Positions 16,654 through 24,593 of a stretch of 32,000 bases of DNA are shown one piece after another; the stretch's first letter is position 1; each line of letters starts with the position of its first letter. Source of the DNA: Deltaproteobacteria bacterium. Lineage in GTDB: Bacteria > Desulfobacterota > Deferrisomatia > Deferrisomatales > JACRMM01. The DNA lies in the NCBI GenBank assembly GCA_016214985.1, contig JACRMM010000029.1, positions 25,938 to 57,937 on the forward strand, read 5' to 3'. The notes below the pieces were generated by a model that saw only the letters and a program-made list of their open reading frames with translations, searched no databases and was not told the DNA's origin. The position numbers and the translations under genes were made by a program.

Positions 16654-18180
16654 CTAATCCGAAAGCCCGGTGAGGCGGTTCTTCTGGATCTTGCCCATCG
16701 CGTTTCGCGGCAGGGCAGGAATGGGGTGGATCTGCTTCGGGCACTTGTAGCCCGCGAGCTTCCCTCGGCAGAGGGCGATCAGTTCGGCCTCCGGCGGCAG
16801 GTCGGTTCCCTCTTTCGGTGCGACGAAGGCGACGACCTTCTCACCGAAGTCCTCGTCCGGGAGGCCGATTACGGCGGCCTCCTTCACGGCCTCGTGGCTC
16901 TCCAGGACGTTTTCGATCTCCTTCGGGTACACGTTGTACCCGCCCGTGATGATGAGCTCCTTGCCCCGGCCGACCAGGAAGAGCCGTCCCCCGTCCGCCG
17001 GGTCTTGATAACCCAGGTCCCCCGAGCGGAACCAGGCGCCCGCGAAGGACTCTGCGGTTTTTTCGGGCATCTCCCAGTAGCCCTTGAAGACGTTGTCGCC
17101 CCGGATCCACACCTCACCCACGTCGCCCGGCCGAACGTCGGCGCCGTCCGGACCCACGACCCGGATCGCTACGCCCGGGAGCGGATAGCCGACGCTCTTG
17201 GCCACGCGGCCGGCGGGGTCAATGAGGTTCGAGGTGTTCATGCCGGTCTCGGTCATGCCGTAGCGTTCCAAGATCCGAAAGCCCGTGGCGGCCTCGAATC
17301 GGTGGAAGAGGTTGTCGGAGAGGGGGGCCGAGCCCGAGATGAACACCCGCATCCGGCCGAGGTCGGGCTTTCGTTCGAGGGCCTCCCACTCGCTCATCAG
17401 GCGCTGGTAGACCGTGGGGACGGCCATGAGGAGCGTGCACCGCTCCCGTTCCAGGGCCTCCCACGCTCGCCGGGGCTCGAACTTTTCGTCCATGATCAGG
17501 GTCCCGCCCGCGTGGAGGCTCCCGTGGGTCGCCACGTTGAGTCCGTGCACGTGGAAGAGCGGCAGCACGTGGAGGAGCACGTCCCGGTCCGTCCACTGCC
17601 ACGCCTCTTGGAGCGAGAGCAGGTTGGCCACGAGGTTTCGGTGGGTGATCATGGCGCCCTTGGAGCGGCCCGTGGTGCCCGACGTATAGCAGATCATCGC
17701 CGTATCGTCCCCGACGGCGTCGTAGGGGCGACGAAAATCGGTCGGCGCGTTTGCCAACGCGGCTCCGAGACTCCCGGCGGCGGAGCCCTCGTTCCCGTCC
17801 GCTAGGAGCACCCGGAGCGCCCCCAGCCCCGTCAGGGCGTCGGCCACCCTCGCGAACCTCTCGCGGTCGGTCACGAAGAGGGAGCTTCCGGAGTCGGAGA
17901 GGAAGTACGCGACCTCCTCGGCCCGATAGTCGGAGTTCAGCGGCAGCGTGATCGCCCCGAGGGAGAGCGTGGCAAAATGAAGGAAGAGAAACTCCACGCG
18001 CTTCGGGAGTTGGAGGGCGACCCGGTCCCCCGTCCCGATCCCCAGGGAAGAGAGCGCGGCCGCGTAGCGCTCCACCTCGTGGTCGAAGGCCGCGTAGGTG
18101 TATGGTACGCCTTCGAAGACGAGGGCGGTCTTGTCGGGGCGCTTCGCGGCGTTCTCCGAGATCCGGCGGGCGAGGTTCAT
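16654..18180 (-). CDS. AMP-forming acyl-CoA synthetase/ligase (candidate aromatic acid-CoA ligase)
   Basis: 508 aa with GGAGGAGG upstream. ANL-superfamily motifs YTSGTTGRSKGAMITHRN, GYWEMPEKT, FRSGDLGY, ITGGYNVYPKEIE and GKIQKNRL. Confidence 0.9.
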   Translation of the reverse strand: MNLARRISENAAKRPDKTALVFEGVPYTYAAFDHEVERYAAALSSLGIGTGDRVALQLPKRVEFLFLHFATLSLGAITLPLNSDYRAEEVAYFLSDSGSSLFVTDRERFARVADALTGLGALRVLLADGNEGSAAGSLGAALANAPTDFRRPYDAVGDDTAMICYTSGTTGRSKGAMITHRNLVANLLSLQEAWQWTDRDVLLHVLPLFHVHGLNVATHGSLHAGGTLIMDEKFEPRRAWEALERERCTLLMAVPTVYQRLMSEWEALERKPDLGRMRVFISGSAPLSDNLFHRFEAATGFRILERYGMTETGMNTSNLIDPAGRVAKSVGYPLPGVAIRVVGPDGADVRPGDVGEVWIRGDNVFKGYWEMPEKTAESFAGAWFRSGDLGYQDPADGGRLFLVGRGKELIITGGYNVYPKEIENVLESHEAVKEAAVIGLPDEDFGEKVVAFVAPKEGTDLPPEAELIALCRGKLAGYKCPKQIHPIPALPRNAMGKIQKNRLTGLSD

Positions 18181-18199
18181 CTCGGTCCTCCTCCTTCCC

Positions 18200-19525
18200 T
18201 CATCCGATCATCATGGCCGGGAGCCACGTGGCGAGCCCGGGAAAGAAGCACAGGATCAGCATGCCCAGGAACAGGAGCAGGATGAATGGCGTGGAGCCCC
18301 GGAGCACGGTGGAGAGGGGGATGTCCGGCACGATTCCCTGGACGATGTACAGGTTCAGGCCCACGGGCGGAGTAATGAGACCTGCCTCGAGGTTGAGCGT
18401 CATGAGGACGCCGAACCAGATGGGGTCAAAGCCCAACCCCTTGATGATGGGGTGCAGGATGGGAGAGAGGATCAGGATGATCGCGACCGGCGGCAGGAAG
18501 CATCCCGCCACCAGGAGCAGCACGTTGATCAGGAGCATGATCGCCCACCGGTTCACCGGCAGCGCGATGATGTCCTGCGCCAGGGTCTGCGCGACGTAGA
18601 GCTGGGTCAGGACGGCGCCGAACAGGAAGGAGGTGGCGATGATCATCATGATCATCGTGCTCTCCTTGGCGCTGCGGAGCAGGATGTTCTTGAGATCCCG
18701 GGGACGGTAGAGCCGGTAGAGCGCCATCGCGACGACCAGCACCAGAAACGCCCCCACGGCGGCCGCCTCGCTCGGGGTGGCCCAGCCCGTGTACAGGGAG
18801 CCCAGTACGAGGGCCACGACCACGAGGAAGGGGAAGACCTTCCCGGTGAGCGCGAGCTTCTCCGCCCAGGTGAAGGACTCGGCAGGGTGCGGCGCGTGCC
18901 CCGAGCCCTGCCTCTTCCGGTTGTCCCGGCCATAGGCGAAGGGTATCCAGGCGGAGAAGAGGAGCGACACCATGAGCCCGGGGATGATGCCGGCGATGAA
19001 GAGCTTGCCGATGGAGGTCTCCGTGGCGAGCCCGTAGACGATCATGGTGACGCTTGGGGGGATGAGGATGCCGAGGGTGCCGCCGGCCGTAATGATGCCG
19101 GTGGCCAGCCCGTCTGCGTAGCCTCGCTTTCGCATCTCGGGGATTCCCATGGTCCCGATGGCGGCCGCGCAGGCCGGGCTCGACCCCGTGAGCGCTGCGA
19201 AGATCGCGCAGGCGCCGATGTTCCCGATCCCGAGCCCCCCGGGAATCTTGTGCAGCCACCGGTGGAAGCACTCGTAGAGATCGCCCCCCGCCCTCGTCAT
19301 TGCCGCGATCATACCCATGAAGATGAAGAGCGGGATGGAGAGCAGGCTGAAGTCGTTCACGCCCTCGAAGACGTTCTCCGCCACCATGGAGATCTGGACC
19401 GCGTCCGTGAAGAGGAACATGGCCGCCAGGGCCGACACGCCGAGGGCGAAGGTGATGGGCATCCCGCTGAAGAGAAAGACCAGCGCAATCGCGAGGACGA
19501 TGCACCCGATCCAGAGTGGATTCAT
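18200..19525 (-). CDS. dctM: TRAP transporter large permease subunit
   Basis: 441-aa polytopic ORF (MNPLWIGCIVLAIALVFLFSGMPITFALG...) typical of DctM. ATGA overlap with the dctQ stop. Confidence 0.93.
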   Translation of the reverse strand: MNPLWIGCIVLAIALVFLFSGMPITFALGVSALAAMFLFTDAVQISMVAENVFEGVNDFSLLSIPLFIFMGMIAAMTRAGGDLYECFHRWLHKIPGGLGIGNIGACAIFAALTGSSPACAAAIGTMGIPEMRKRGYADGLATGIITAGGTLGILIPPSVTMIVYGLATETSIGKLFIAGIIPGLMVSLLFSAWIPFAYGRDNRKRQGSGHAPHPAESFTWAEKLALTGKVFPFLVVVALVLGSLYTGWATPSEAAAVGAFLVLVVAMALYRLYRPRDLKNILLRSAKESTMIMMIIATSFLFGAVLTQLYVAQTLAQDIIALPVNRWAIMLLINVLLLVAGCFLPPVAIILILSPILHPIIKGLGFDPIWFGVLMTLNLEAGLITPPVGLNLYIVQGIVPDIPLSTVLRGSTPFILLLFLGMLILCFFPGLATWLPAMMIG

Positions 19526-20112
19526 GCCGCTCTCCTCGTGGGCGCGACCCCACGGACCCCGTTACGGCGCGCTGCGAGACGCCCCGGACCCTGTTTGCGC
19601 CCGCCTGCCTCCCCCCCCCGGAGCCCCTTCACCCGTTCTGCCAGCCGCAACAGGTATTGCAGCGACGTGAGGGCCATGCCCAGGGGAAGAAGGGCATAGG
19701 GATAGACCAGCGGGAAGGAGAAGATGCCCGAGGACGTCCAGCCGCCCTCGTACGCGTCCCACCACATGGCGCTGCCCCGCCACGCAAGAAAGAGGCAGAA
19801 CGCGAGCGCGATGACCGACGTCACCAGATCGAGCCACTCCCGCGCCCGACGCGAGAGGTGGAGGATGATCATGTCAATGTTGATGTGGGCGTTTTCCTTG
19901 AGGCCGTAGGGGGCGCCCAGGAAAGTCGCCGCGATGAGCAGGTAGACCGACGTCTCCACCTGCCAGACCGTCGGCACCTTGAAGACGTACCGTACCACCA
20001 CCTGCTCGACGATGATCAAGGTCGCCGCCAGGATGCACAGCGCGCTCACGTAGCCCGCCAGCGTGCTGAGGCCGTTGACGGCGCGAACGATCGGGTTCGT
20101 GCTCTCGGACAT
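19522..20112 (-). CDS. dctQ: TRAP transporter small permease subunit
   Basis: 196-aa ORF with four hydrophobic segments, located between dctP and dctM. Has a basic C-terminal tail. Confidence 0.85.
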   Translation of the reverse strand: MSESTNPIVRAVNGLSTLAGYVSALCILAATLIIVEQVVVRYVFKVPTVWQVETSVYLLIAATFLGAPYGLKENAHINIDMIILHLSRRAREWLDLVTSVIALAFCLFLAWRGSAMWWDAYEGGWTSSGIFSFPLVYPYALLPLGMALTSLQYLLRLAERVKGLRGGEAGGRKQGPGRLAARRNGVRGVAPTRRAA

Positions 20113-20173
20113 GGTTCGCCGCCTGTGGTCGGGAGCCCCGCCGGCACCGCGGCGGCGGGGCTCGTGTCTTGCG

Positions 20174-21181
20174 CTACTTGTTGGCCAGGTCCAGGAGCTC
20201 CCTGCCGGCAGGCACGTCCTGCGCGAACTTGACCCAGGACGTCTCCTCGGCCACTTTCTTCCACGCCTTGAACTCGTCCTTGGTCATGGGATGCACCTTG
20301 ACCTTCTTTTCCGCAAAGACCTTTCCGGCCTCCTTGTTGGCGGCCACGGCGTCGTCGCGCGCCTTCTTCTCGAGCTCCAGCCCCACCGCCTCGACGACCT
20401 TCTGCTGGGCCGGCGTGAGCGACTCCCACACCTTGGTGCTCATCACCAGAGGCTCTGCCATGTACCAGATGGCGTAGGTGTCCGGGCTGTTGAAGTACTC
20501 GAGCTGCTCGTAGAGCCGGTAGGAGACGAAGGACTCGGCCGAGGTCATGCAGGCGTCGAGAACCTTGGTCTGGAGGGCCATGTAGATCTCGGAGGACGGC
20601 ATGCTGGTGATGGACGCACCCTGGGTGTTGAGCAGGTACTCGAAGTACTTGCCCGCGGCGCGGAACTTCAGACCCTTGGCGTCCGCCGGCAGGTTGACGG
20701 CCTTTCCGCGGCTTCCGATGCCCCCGCCGTACCAGAGCCAGGTCAGGATCTTCATCCCCTTGTCCTGGGAGATCTTGGCGACCCTCTTCCCGATCTCCTT
20801 CCCACGCCACGACATCCCTTCGTCGACCGATTCGACGATCCCGGGCATCAGCGTGATCTCTAACTCGGGGACCTTGCCGGAGGCGTAGGCGAGGGGGAAG
20901 ACCGAGAGGTCCAGGGCCCCCTTGGCCATGGCGTCGTACTGGGCGTTGGCCTTGAACAGGGCCGCCGAGGGGAAGATCTTGAAGGTCGGCTCGCCGTTGG
21001 TGGCCTTCTCTACGCGTTTGGCGAACTCCGCGGCGAGCTCGTGGCGGGCGTCGGCCTCGGCGAACTGGTGGGAGATCTTGAGCTCCCGAGCTTCGGCCTC
21101 CAGTGGCACAAAGGCGGCACGCACGCACAGGAACGCGCCAGCGGCCAACAGGGTTGCTGCAACGGTTCTCTTCTGGGGCAT
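20174..21181 (-). CDS. dctP: TRAP transporter solute-binding protein (DctP family)
   Basis: The ATG at 21181 (GGAGGAG upstream) gives MPQKRTVAATLLAAGAFLCVRAAF (signal peptide), followed by LKISHQFAEADARHE...FPSAALFKANAQYDAMAKGALD, typical of DctP. 335 aa. Confidence 0.9.
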   Translation of the reverse strand: MPQKRTVAATLLAAGAFLCVRAAFVPLEAEARELKISHQFAEADARHELAAEFAKRVEKATNGEPTFKIFPSAALFKANAQYDAMAKGALDLSVFPLAYASGKVPELEITLMPGIVESVDEGMSWRGKEIGKRVAKISQDKGMKILTWLWYGGGIGSRGKAVNLPADAKGLKFRAAGKYFEYLLNTQGASITSMPSSEIYMALQTKVLDACMTSAESFVSYRLYEQLEYFNSPDTYAIWYMAEPLVMSTKVWESLTPAQQKVVEAVGLELEKKARDDAVAANKEAGKVFAEKKVKVHPMTKDEFKAWKKVAEETSWVKFAQDVPAGRELLDLANK

Positions 21182-21222
21182 CTTCGCTCTCCTCCGGTCT
21201 GGGGTTGCGCTGCGGGGGCCGT

Positions 21223-21897
21223 TCAACCCGTGGGTTTCGCCGGGGTGTTCGCTTCGTACACGCGCACCAGGGCTTGCCCCTGCCTGACCAGGTGGCTCTT
21301 CATCAGGGCTTCCGCCGCCTCGGCCTCGCGGTTGCGGAAGGCGCTCAAGATGTCTCGATGCTCTTGGATCGACTCGTCGAACCGCTTCGCCTCGAAGATC
21401 TGCCGGTACCGGTACAGAAGGATCTTCTCCCGCAGTCCGTTGAGGATGCCGTTCAAGATCCGGTTCCCCGTGAGCTCCTGCACCAGCTCGTGAAAGACGT
21501 TGTTCGTCTTGATGTACCCGTCCCGGTCGCCGCGGGCGTAGTGCTGCTCCAGCTTGTCGTGGAGTCGCTCCAGCTTGGCGAGCGAGGCCGCGCTCATCCT
21601 CTCCGTCGCCATGCGGGCACAGGTGCCCTCGAGGATGCTCATGACCTCGAACATCTCCCGGACGTCGTCGAGGGACGGTTCGCTTACGAAAGCCCCCTTG
21701 TTGGGGACGAGACAAATCAGTCCCTCTGAGCTCAGAACCCGCAGCGCCTCGCGCAGGGGAGTCCGGCTGACGCCGACAGCCGCACACAGCTCCGCTTCAA
21801 CGACCCGCTGGCCCTTGGTCAAAACACCTTTTCGGATCATCTCGCGGATCCTGGATGCCACGTCCTGATGGAGGGAGCGAGCGGCGATCTTCTGCAA
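21223..21897 (-). CDS. GntR/FadR-family transcriptional regulator
   Basis: wHTH segment LHQDVASRIREMIRKGVLTKGQRVVEAELCAAVGVSRTPLREALRVLSSEGLI plus an FCD-like helical C-terminal domain. The preferred start is the TTG at 21897 (AGGAGAG about 7 nt upstream); the track's start at 21966 is also a TTG. Confidence 0.88.
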   Translation of the reverse strand: MQKIAARSLHQDVASRIREMIRKGVLTKGQRVVEAELCAAVGVSRTPLREALRVLSSEGLICLVPNKGAFVSEPSLDDVREMFEVMSILEGTCARMATERMSAASLAKLERLHDKLEQHYARGDRDGYIKTNNVFHELVQELTGNRILNGILNGLREKILLYRYRQIFEAKRFDESIQEHRDILSAFRNREAEAAEALMKSHLVRQGQALVRVYEANTPAKPTG

Positions 21898-21948
21898 TCG
21901 TGGTCTCTCCTGATCTGCAGAGAAGGAGGGGTGCCGAGCGGCGAGTCG

Positions 21949-21960
21949 ATTGTATACAAT
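21949..21960. promoter_or_regulatory. perfect 12-bp palindrome ATTGTATACAAT, candidate GntR-family operator
   Basis: Self-complementary with a GT..AC core, as in GntR/FadR-type operators. Lies in the AT-rich gap about 50 nt upstream of the gntR-like start and overlaps the predicted -10. Confidence 0.5.
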
Positions 21961-21979
21961 ATGCAATTATGAATGTCAA
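21951..21979 (-). promoter_or_regulatory. candidate sigma70 promoter of the gntR-TRAP-ligase-ppc operon
   Basis: On the minus strand: TTGACA (21979..21974), 17-nt spacer, TATACA (21956..21951). A TACAAT alternative sits 2 nt further on. Confidence 0.45.
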
Positions 21980-22448
21980 TGGTATGAGACGGTGTTTGTT
22001 GTAGTGTAACGCCTGTGGACACCCCCGGTGCGGTGCGGCCGCGGGCGACAGGTCCGGCGGTTGCCGTTCCCGCCTGCCGTCTCTGGGGTCGCCGTCGATG
22101 CAACCTTGACGGCCCGTGCGTCTCCGTTCGGGCAAGACAGAAGCTCGGGAGACGGCCGTCGACGCGCCTCTTCTTCAGGCCGCCCTTCGAGGCCCGACGT
22201 CGGGCGACCGACTTGATTGTCCCCTCCTGCCATGCTAAACAGCCGGCCTTGCACCGATTCCCGCCTTGCCGCTCCGCGGCGCGCGGTGCGCCCGCCGCTC
22301 GGAGACTCCCGGAGCCTGATGACTCCCGGGGTGGCCGGAGGCGGGCAGGGTCTTCGGACTGGCGCCACCCCGATGCCTTGGCAGGGGCCTGCCGTGCCGA
22401 GCGCGTCCGAGGGCCCGGGGCGAGTCGCGACATCGAGGAGGACCGAAC

Positions 22449-23789
22449 GTGGAAGTGCCTGCTGGTGCTCGAACGCGAGGCGTGGCCCTTCTCGTGGCGC
22501 TCCTCAGCCTCGTCTCCGTTGCTGTGGGTGCCGAAACCGGTGCCCGCGTCCTGCTCGAGGACACCTTCGTCGACAACCGCAACGGTTGGGTCGAAGACGA
22601 CAACGAGGCCGCGCGGTTCGCCGTGGCGAGCGGGGCGTACACCCTGGAGTACAAACGCGAGAGCGGGTACTGGATCTCGACCCAGCCGGTCGAGCTCGGC
22701 CAAGACGACGACTTCGAGATCGATGCGGTCATCGACCGAGTTCGCGGCGGGAGCGATCACCGGTCCGGGCTCGTCTGGGGGTGTCGTCCGGAGGCTCCCC
22801 TCTCGTTCTCCTTCTTCGTCGTTTCTGCAGATGGGGTGGTGAGCGCCGGCAGACAGAGGGGCGACCACACTGTCTTCGTCCTGAAGGATGTGCCGTATCC
22901 CCGGATCCAGGGTGACGAAGGAGCACTTCGCCTGACGGTCCGCCGGCACGGGCTCGCCACTGCGTTGTCGGTCAACGGCTTCCGGATCGGTTCGATCTTG
23001 TCGGAGCCTCCCTTTGGCGGTGATGTGGGTTTCTACGTCCGTCATCCGGGCGGGGTCTGCGTCCGCTCGCTGCGTGTGAGCGCGACCCCGGTGCCGGGCC
23101 CGACGTCCCTATCGTCGGGCGCGGAGGAGCGGCAGCCTGGGCCGACCTCGGGCGAAACCTCGGGGAGTGCCCGCGCCGAGTACCGAGAGGCGGACAAGGC
23201 GCTCGGTGACCGGACGCGCCCCGCGGCGGCGCGCGTCGAGAAGGCCTCCGGCCATGCGCAAAGGGCCCTCGAACGCGCCCCGGGCGACGCGCGCGCCCAC
23301 GTCGTGGCAGCTCGCGTCGCGCTCGCGGGCGGCGACCGCCGCGGCAAGGGGTACGACGAGGAGAGCGTTCAAACGAAGGCTCTGCCGCTGATCGAGAAGG
23401 CCCTGGCGCTGGACCCCGATTCGGCCGACGCGCGCAGGACCGAGGCGGAGATCCGACTCGCGCTGCGCGACTCCCGGACGGCGAACCTGGCGCTTGCCCG
23501 AAGCCTCGAGCTCTCCCCCCCGAGAGGGTTGTCCTTCTTCCTGCTCGGCTGGTACTTCCGGCTGACCGGGCGGCCCGACGCGGCGGAAAAGGCGTGGGCC
23601 CAGGGGATCGCTGCTGCGGAGAGCGTCGACGAGCGCGCTGCGCTTCTCGAACGCGTCGCGTTGCAGTTCCTCTGCGACCGGGAGATCGAGCGGGCTACTG
23701 CGCTGCTTGCGGCGAGTCTCGCGCTGGTGCCTGGGTGCCCGGACGCGCTCCGCGATCTGGGAGACCTCCAGGCCGCCGCGGGCCGGTAG
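22449..23789 (+). CDS. secreted protein: signal peptide, unassigned N-terminal beta-rich domain (possibly lectin/jelly-roll-like), C-terminal TPR repeats; 3' end interrupted
   Basis: GTG start. Signal-like GVALLVALLSLVSVAVGAE, then the N-terminal domain (LLEDTFVDNRNGWVEDDNEAARF...). TPR-like helices from about residue 270. The ORF ends at a TAG that falls inside a TPR consensus. Confidence 0.7.
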   Translation: MEVPAGARTRGVALLVALLSLVSVAVGAETGARVLLEDTFVDNRNGWVEDDNEAARFAVASGAYTLEYKRESGYWISTQPVELGQDDDFEIDAVIDRVRGGSDHRSGLVWGCRPEAPLSFSFFVVSADGVVSAGRQRGDHTVFVLKDVPYPRIQGDEGALRLTVRRHGLATALSVNGFRIGSILSEPPFGGDVGFYVRHPGGVCVRSLRVSATPVPGPTSLSSGAEERQPGPTSGETSGSARAEYREADKALGDRTRPAAARVEKASGHAQRALERAPGDARAHVVAARVALAGGDRRGKGYDEESVQTKALPLIEKALALDPDSADARRTEAEIRLALRDSRTANLALARSLELSPPRGLSFFLLGWYFRLTGRPDAAEKAWAQGIAAAESVDERAALLERVALQFLCDREIERATALLAASLALVPGCPDALRDLGDLQAAAGR

Positions 23790-23988
23790 GACGAGGCGGC
23801 TGAGAGCTACCGCAGGGCCCTGGAGAGTGCCGACTCCGCGGAGACGCGGCACCGTCTGGCCCTGGCCCAGGCGAACCGGGCAAGGCACTGGAGGGGGAGG
23901 GGCGGTTCGAGGAGGTTCTCGCGGAGTACCGCGGGGCGGCCGAGTGCGACGGAGCCCAGCCTGACCCCTGAAGCCAGCCTCGGGTTGC

Positions 23989-24028
23989 CCTGGCAGGGGG
24001 AGCGCGTGGTCACAAACCCCCTGCCGGG
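23989..24028 (+). terminator. GC-rich stem-loop (12-bp stem, 16-nt loop) downstream of the TPR gene remnant
   Basis: CCTGGCAGGGGG (23989..24000) pairs with CCCCCTGCCGGG (24017..24028), 11 Watson-Crick plus 1 G-U by hand. There is no U-tract. It starts 18 nt after the frame-shifted ancestral stop at 23969..23971. Confidence 0.35.
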
Positions 24029-24269
24029 CCCCTCGATCGGGAGCGGGGGCGGTGCAACCGCCGGCGTCCGCTCTCCCCTTCCTGGTTCGATGGGCGGGTC
24101 GATTGCGGGTTGAATCCCTGCGAAAGCTGTGGTATTCGGGCTCCATGCTCGTGGGCCGCGTCACAATCCTTCTCTGCGAGCGTTTTCTTGCCGCCCCGTG
24201 TTTTCTGGGGTCGAGTCGGCGTCCCTTCGACGCCAACCGTCCGTTGGAGTTTCCCGAGGAGGACCCGCC

Positions 24270-24332
24270 ATGAAGAAGTCCGCATACTCCAAGCCCAAGA
24301 TCGTCGGCGCCTCGGCTGTGCACCCTTGTTGA
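24270..24332 (+). CDS. 20-codon small ORF MKKSAYSKPKIVGASAVHPC (candidate peptide or leader ORF)
   Basis: ATG at 24270 with GAGGAGGA ending about 7 nt upstream. 15 of 19 third positions after the ATG are G/C. C-terminal Cys. Sits 262 nt upstream of the cytochrome start. No family recognised. Confidence 0.3.
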   Translation: MKKSAYSKPKIVGASAVHPC

Positions 24333-24593
24333 CGCCGTAGCCGAAGCCGCGTTTCGAGCCGGAACCCCTACGCTGGACGGACGCCCCGCAGGGCGCCGCT
24401 CGGCATCCGCGCCGCTCGGGTCGGGCGGGGTCTGACCGTCGGGGCAGACCTGCGCACCGTGGCGTGCGTGTGCGCTGCGGCGGTGTCCGTGATCTTCGGG
24501 CTGTGCGTGCCCTTCTGTTCGCGCGCCCGGGCTCGCAGGGCTTCACATCTCTTCTCGTTTGGCTTCTCATCGGGGAGGCCGGGAGGGTTGGTC

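Noticed and set aside
22379-22393. Sigma54-like TGGCAG-N-TGC element upstream of the TPR gene.
   Set aside because: The GG-to-GC spacing is one nucleotide short of the -24/-12 consensus. The sequence is better explained as a simple GGCAG/CTGCC hairpin.
23787-23789. In-frame TAG read as pyrrolysine or programmed readthrough.
   Set aside because: No pyl genes or PYLIS-like context are visible. A second lesion (a frameshift) follows about 85 nt downstream, so simple mutation or sequencing error is the more economical explanation.
24105-24121. tRNA T-arm-like sequence GCGGG-TTGAATC-CCTGC.
   Set aside because: The loop lacks the conserved C56 (TTCGAAT/TTCAAAT). No acceptor, D or anticodon arms could be built around it by eye.
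24052-24273. 73-codon GTG-started ORF whose stop overlaps the ATG of the 20-codon ORF.
   Set aside because: No SD. Its third-position GC is noticeably lower than in real genes here, and it has no recognisable motifs. It is kept only as context for the small-ORF finding.
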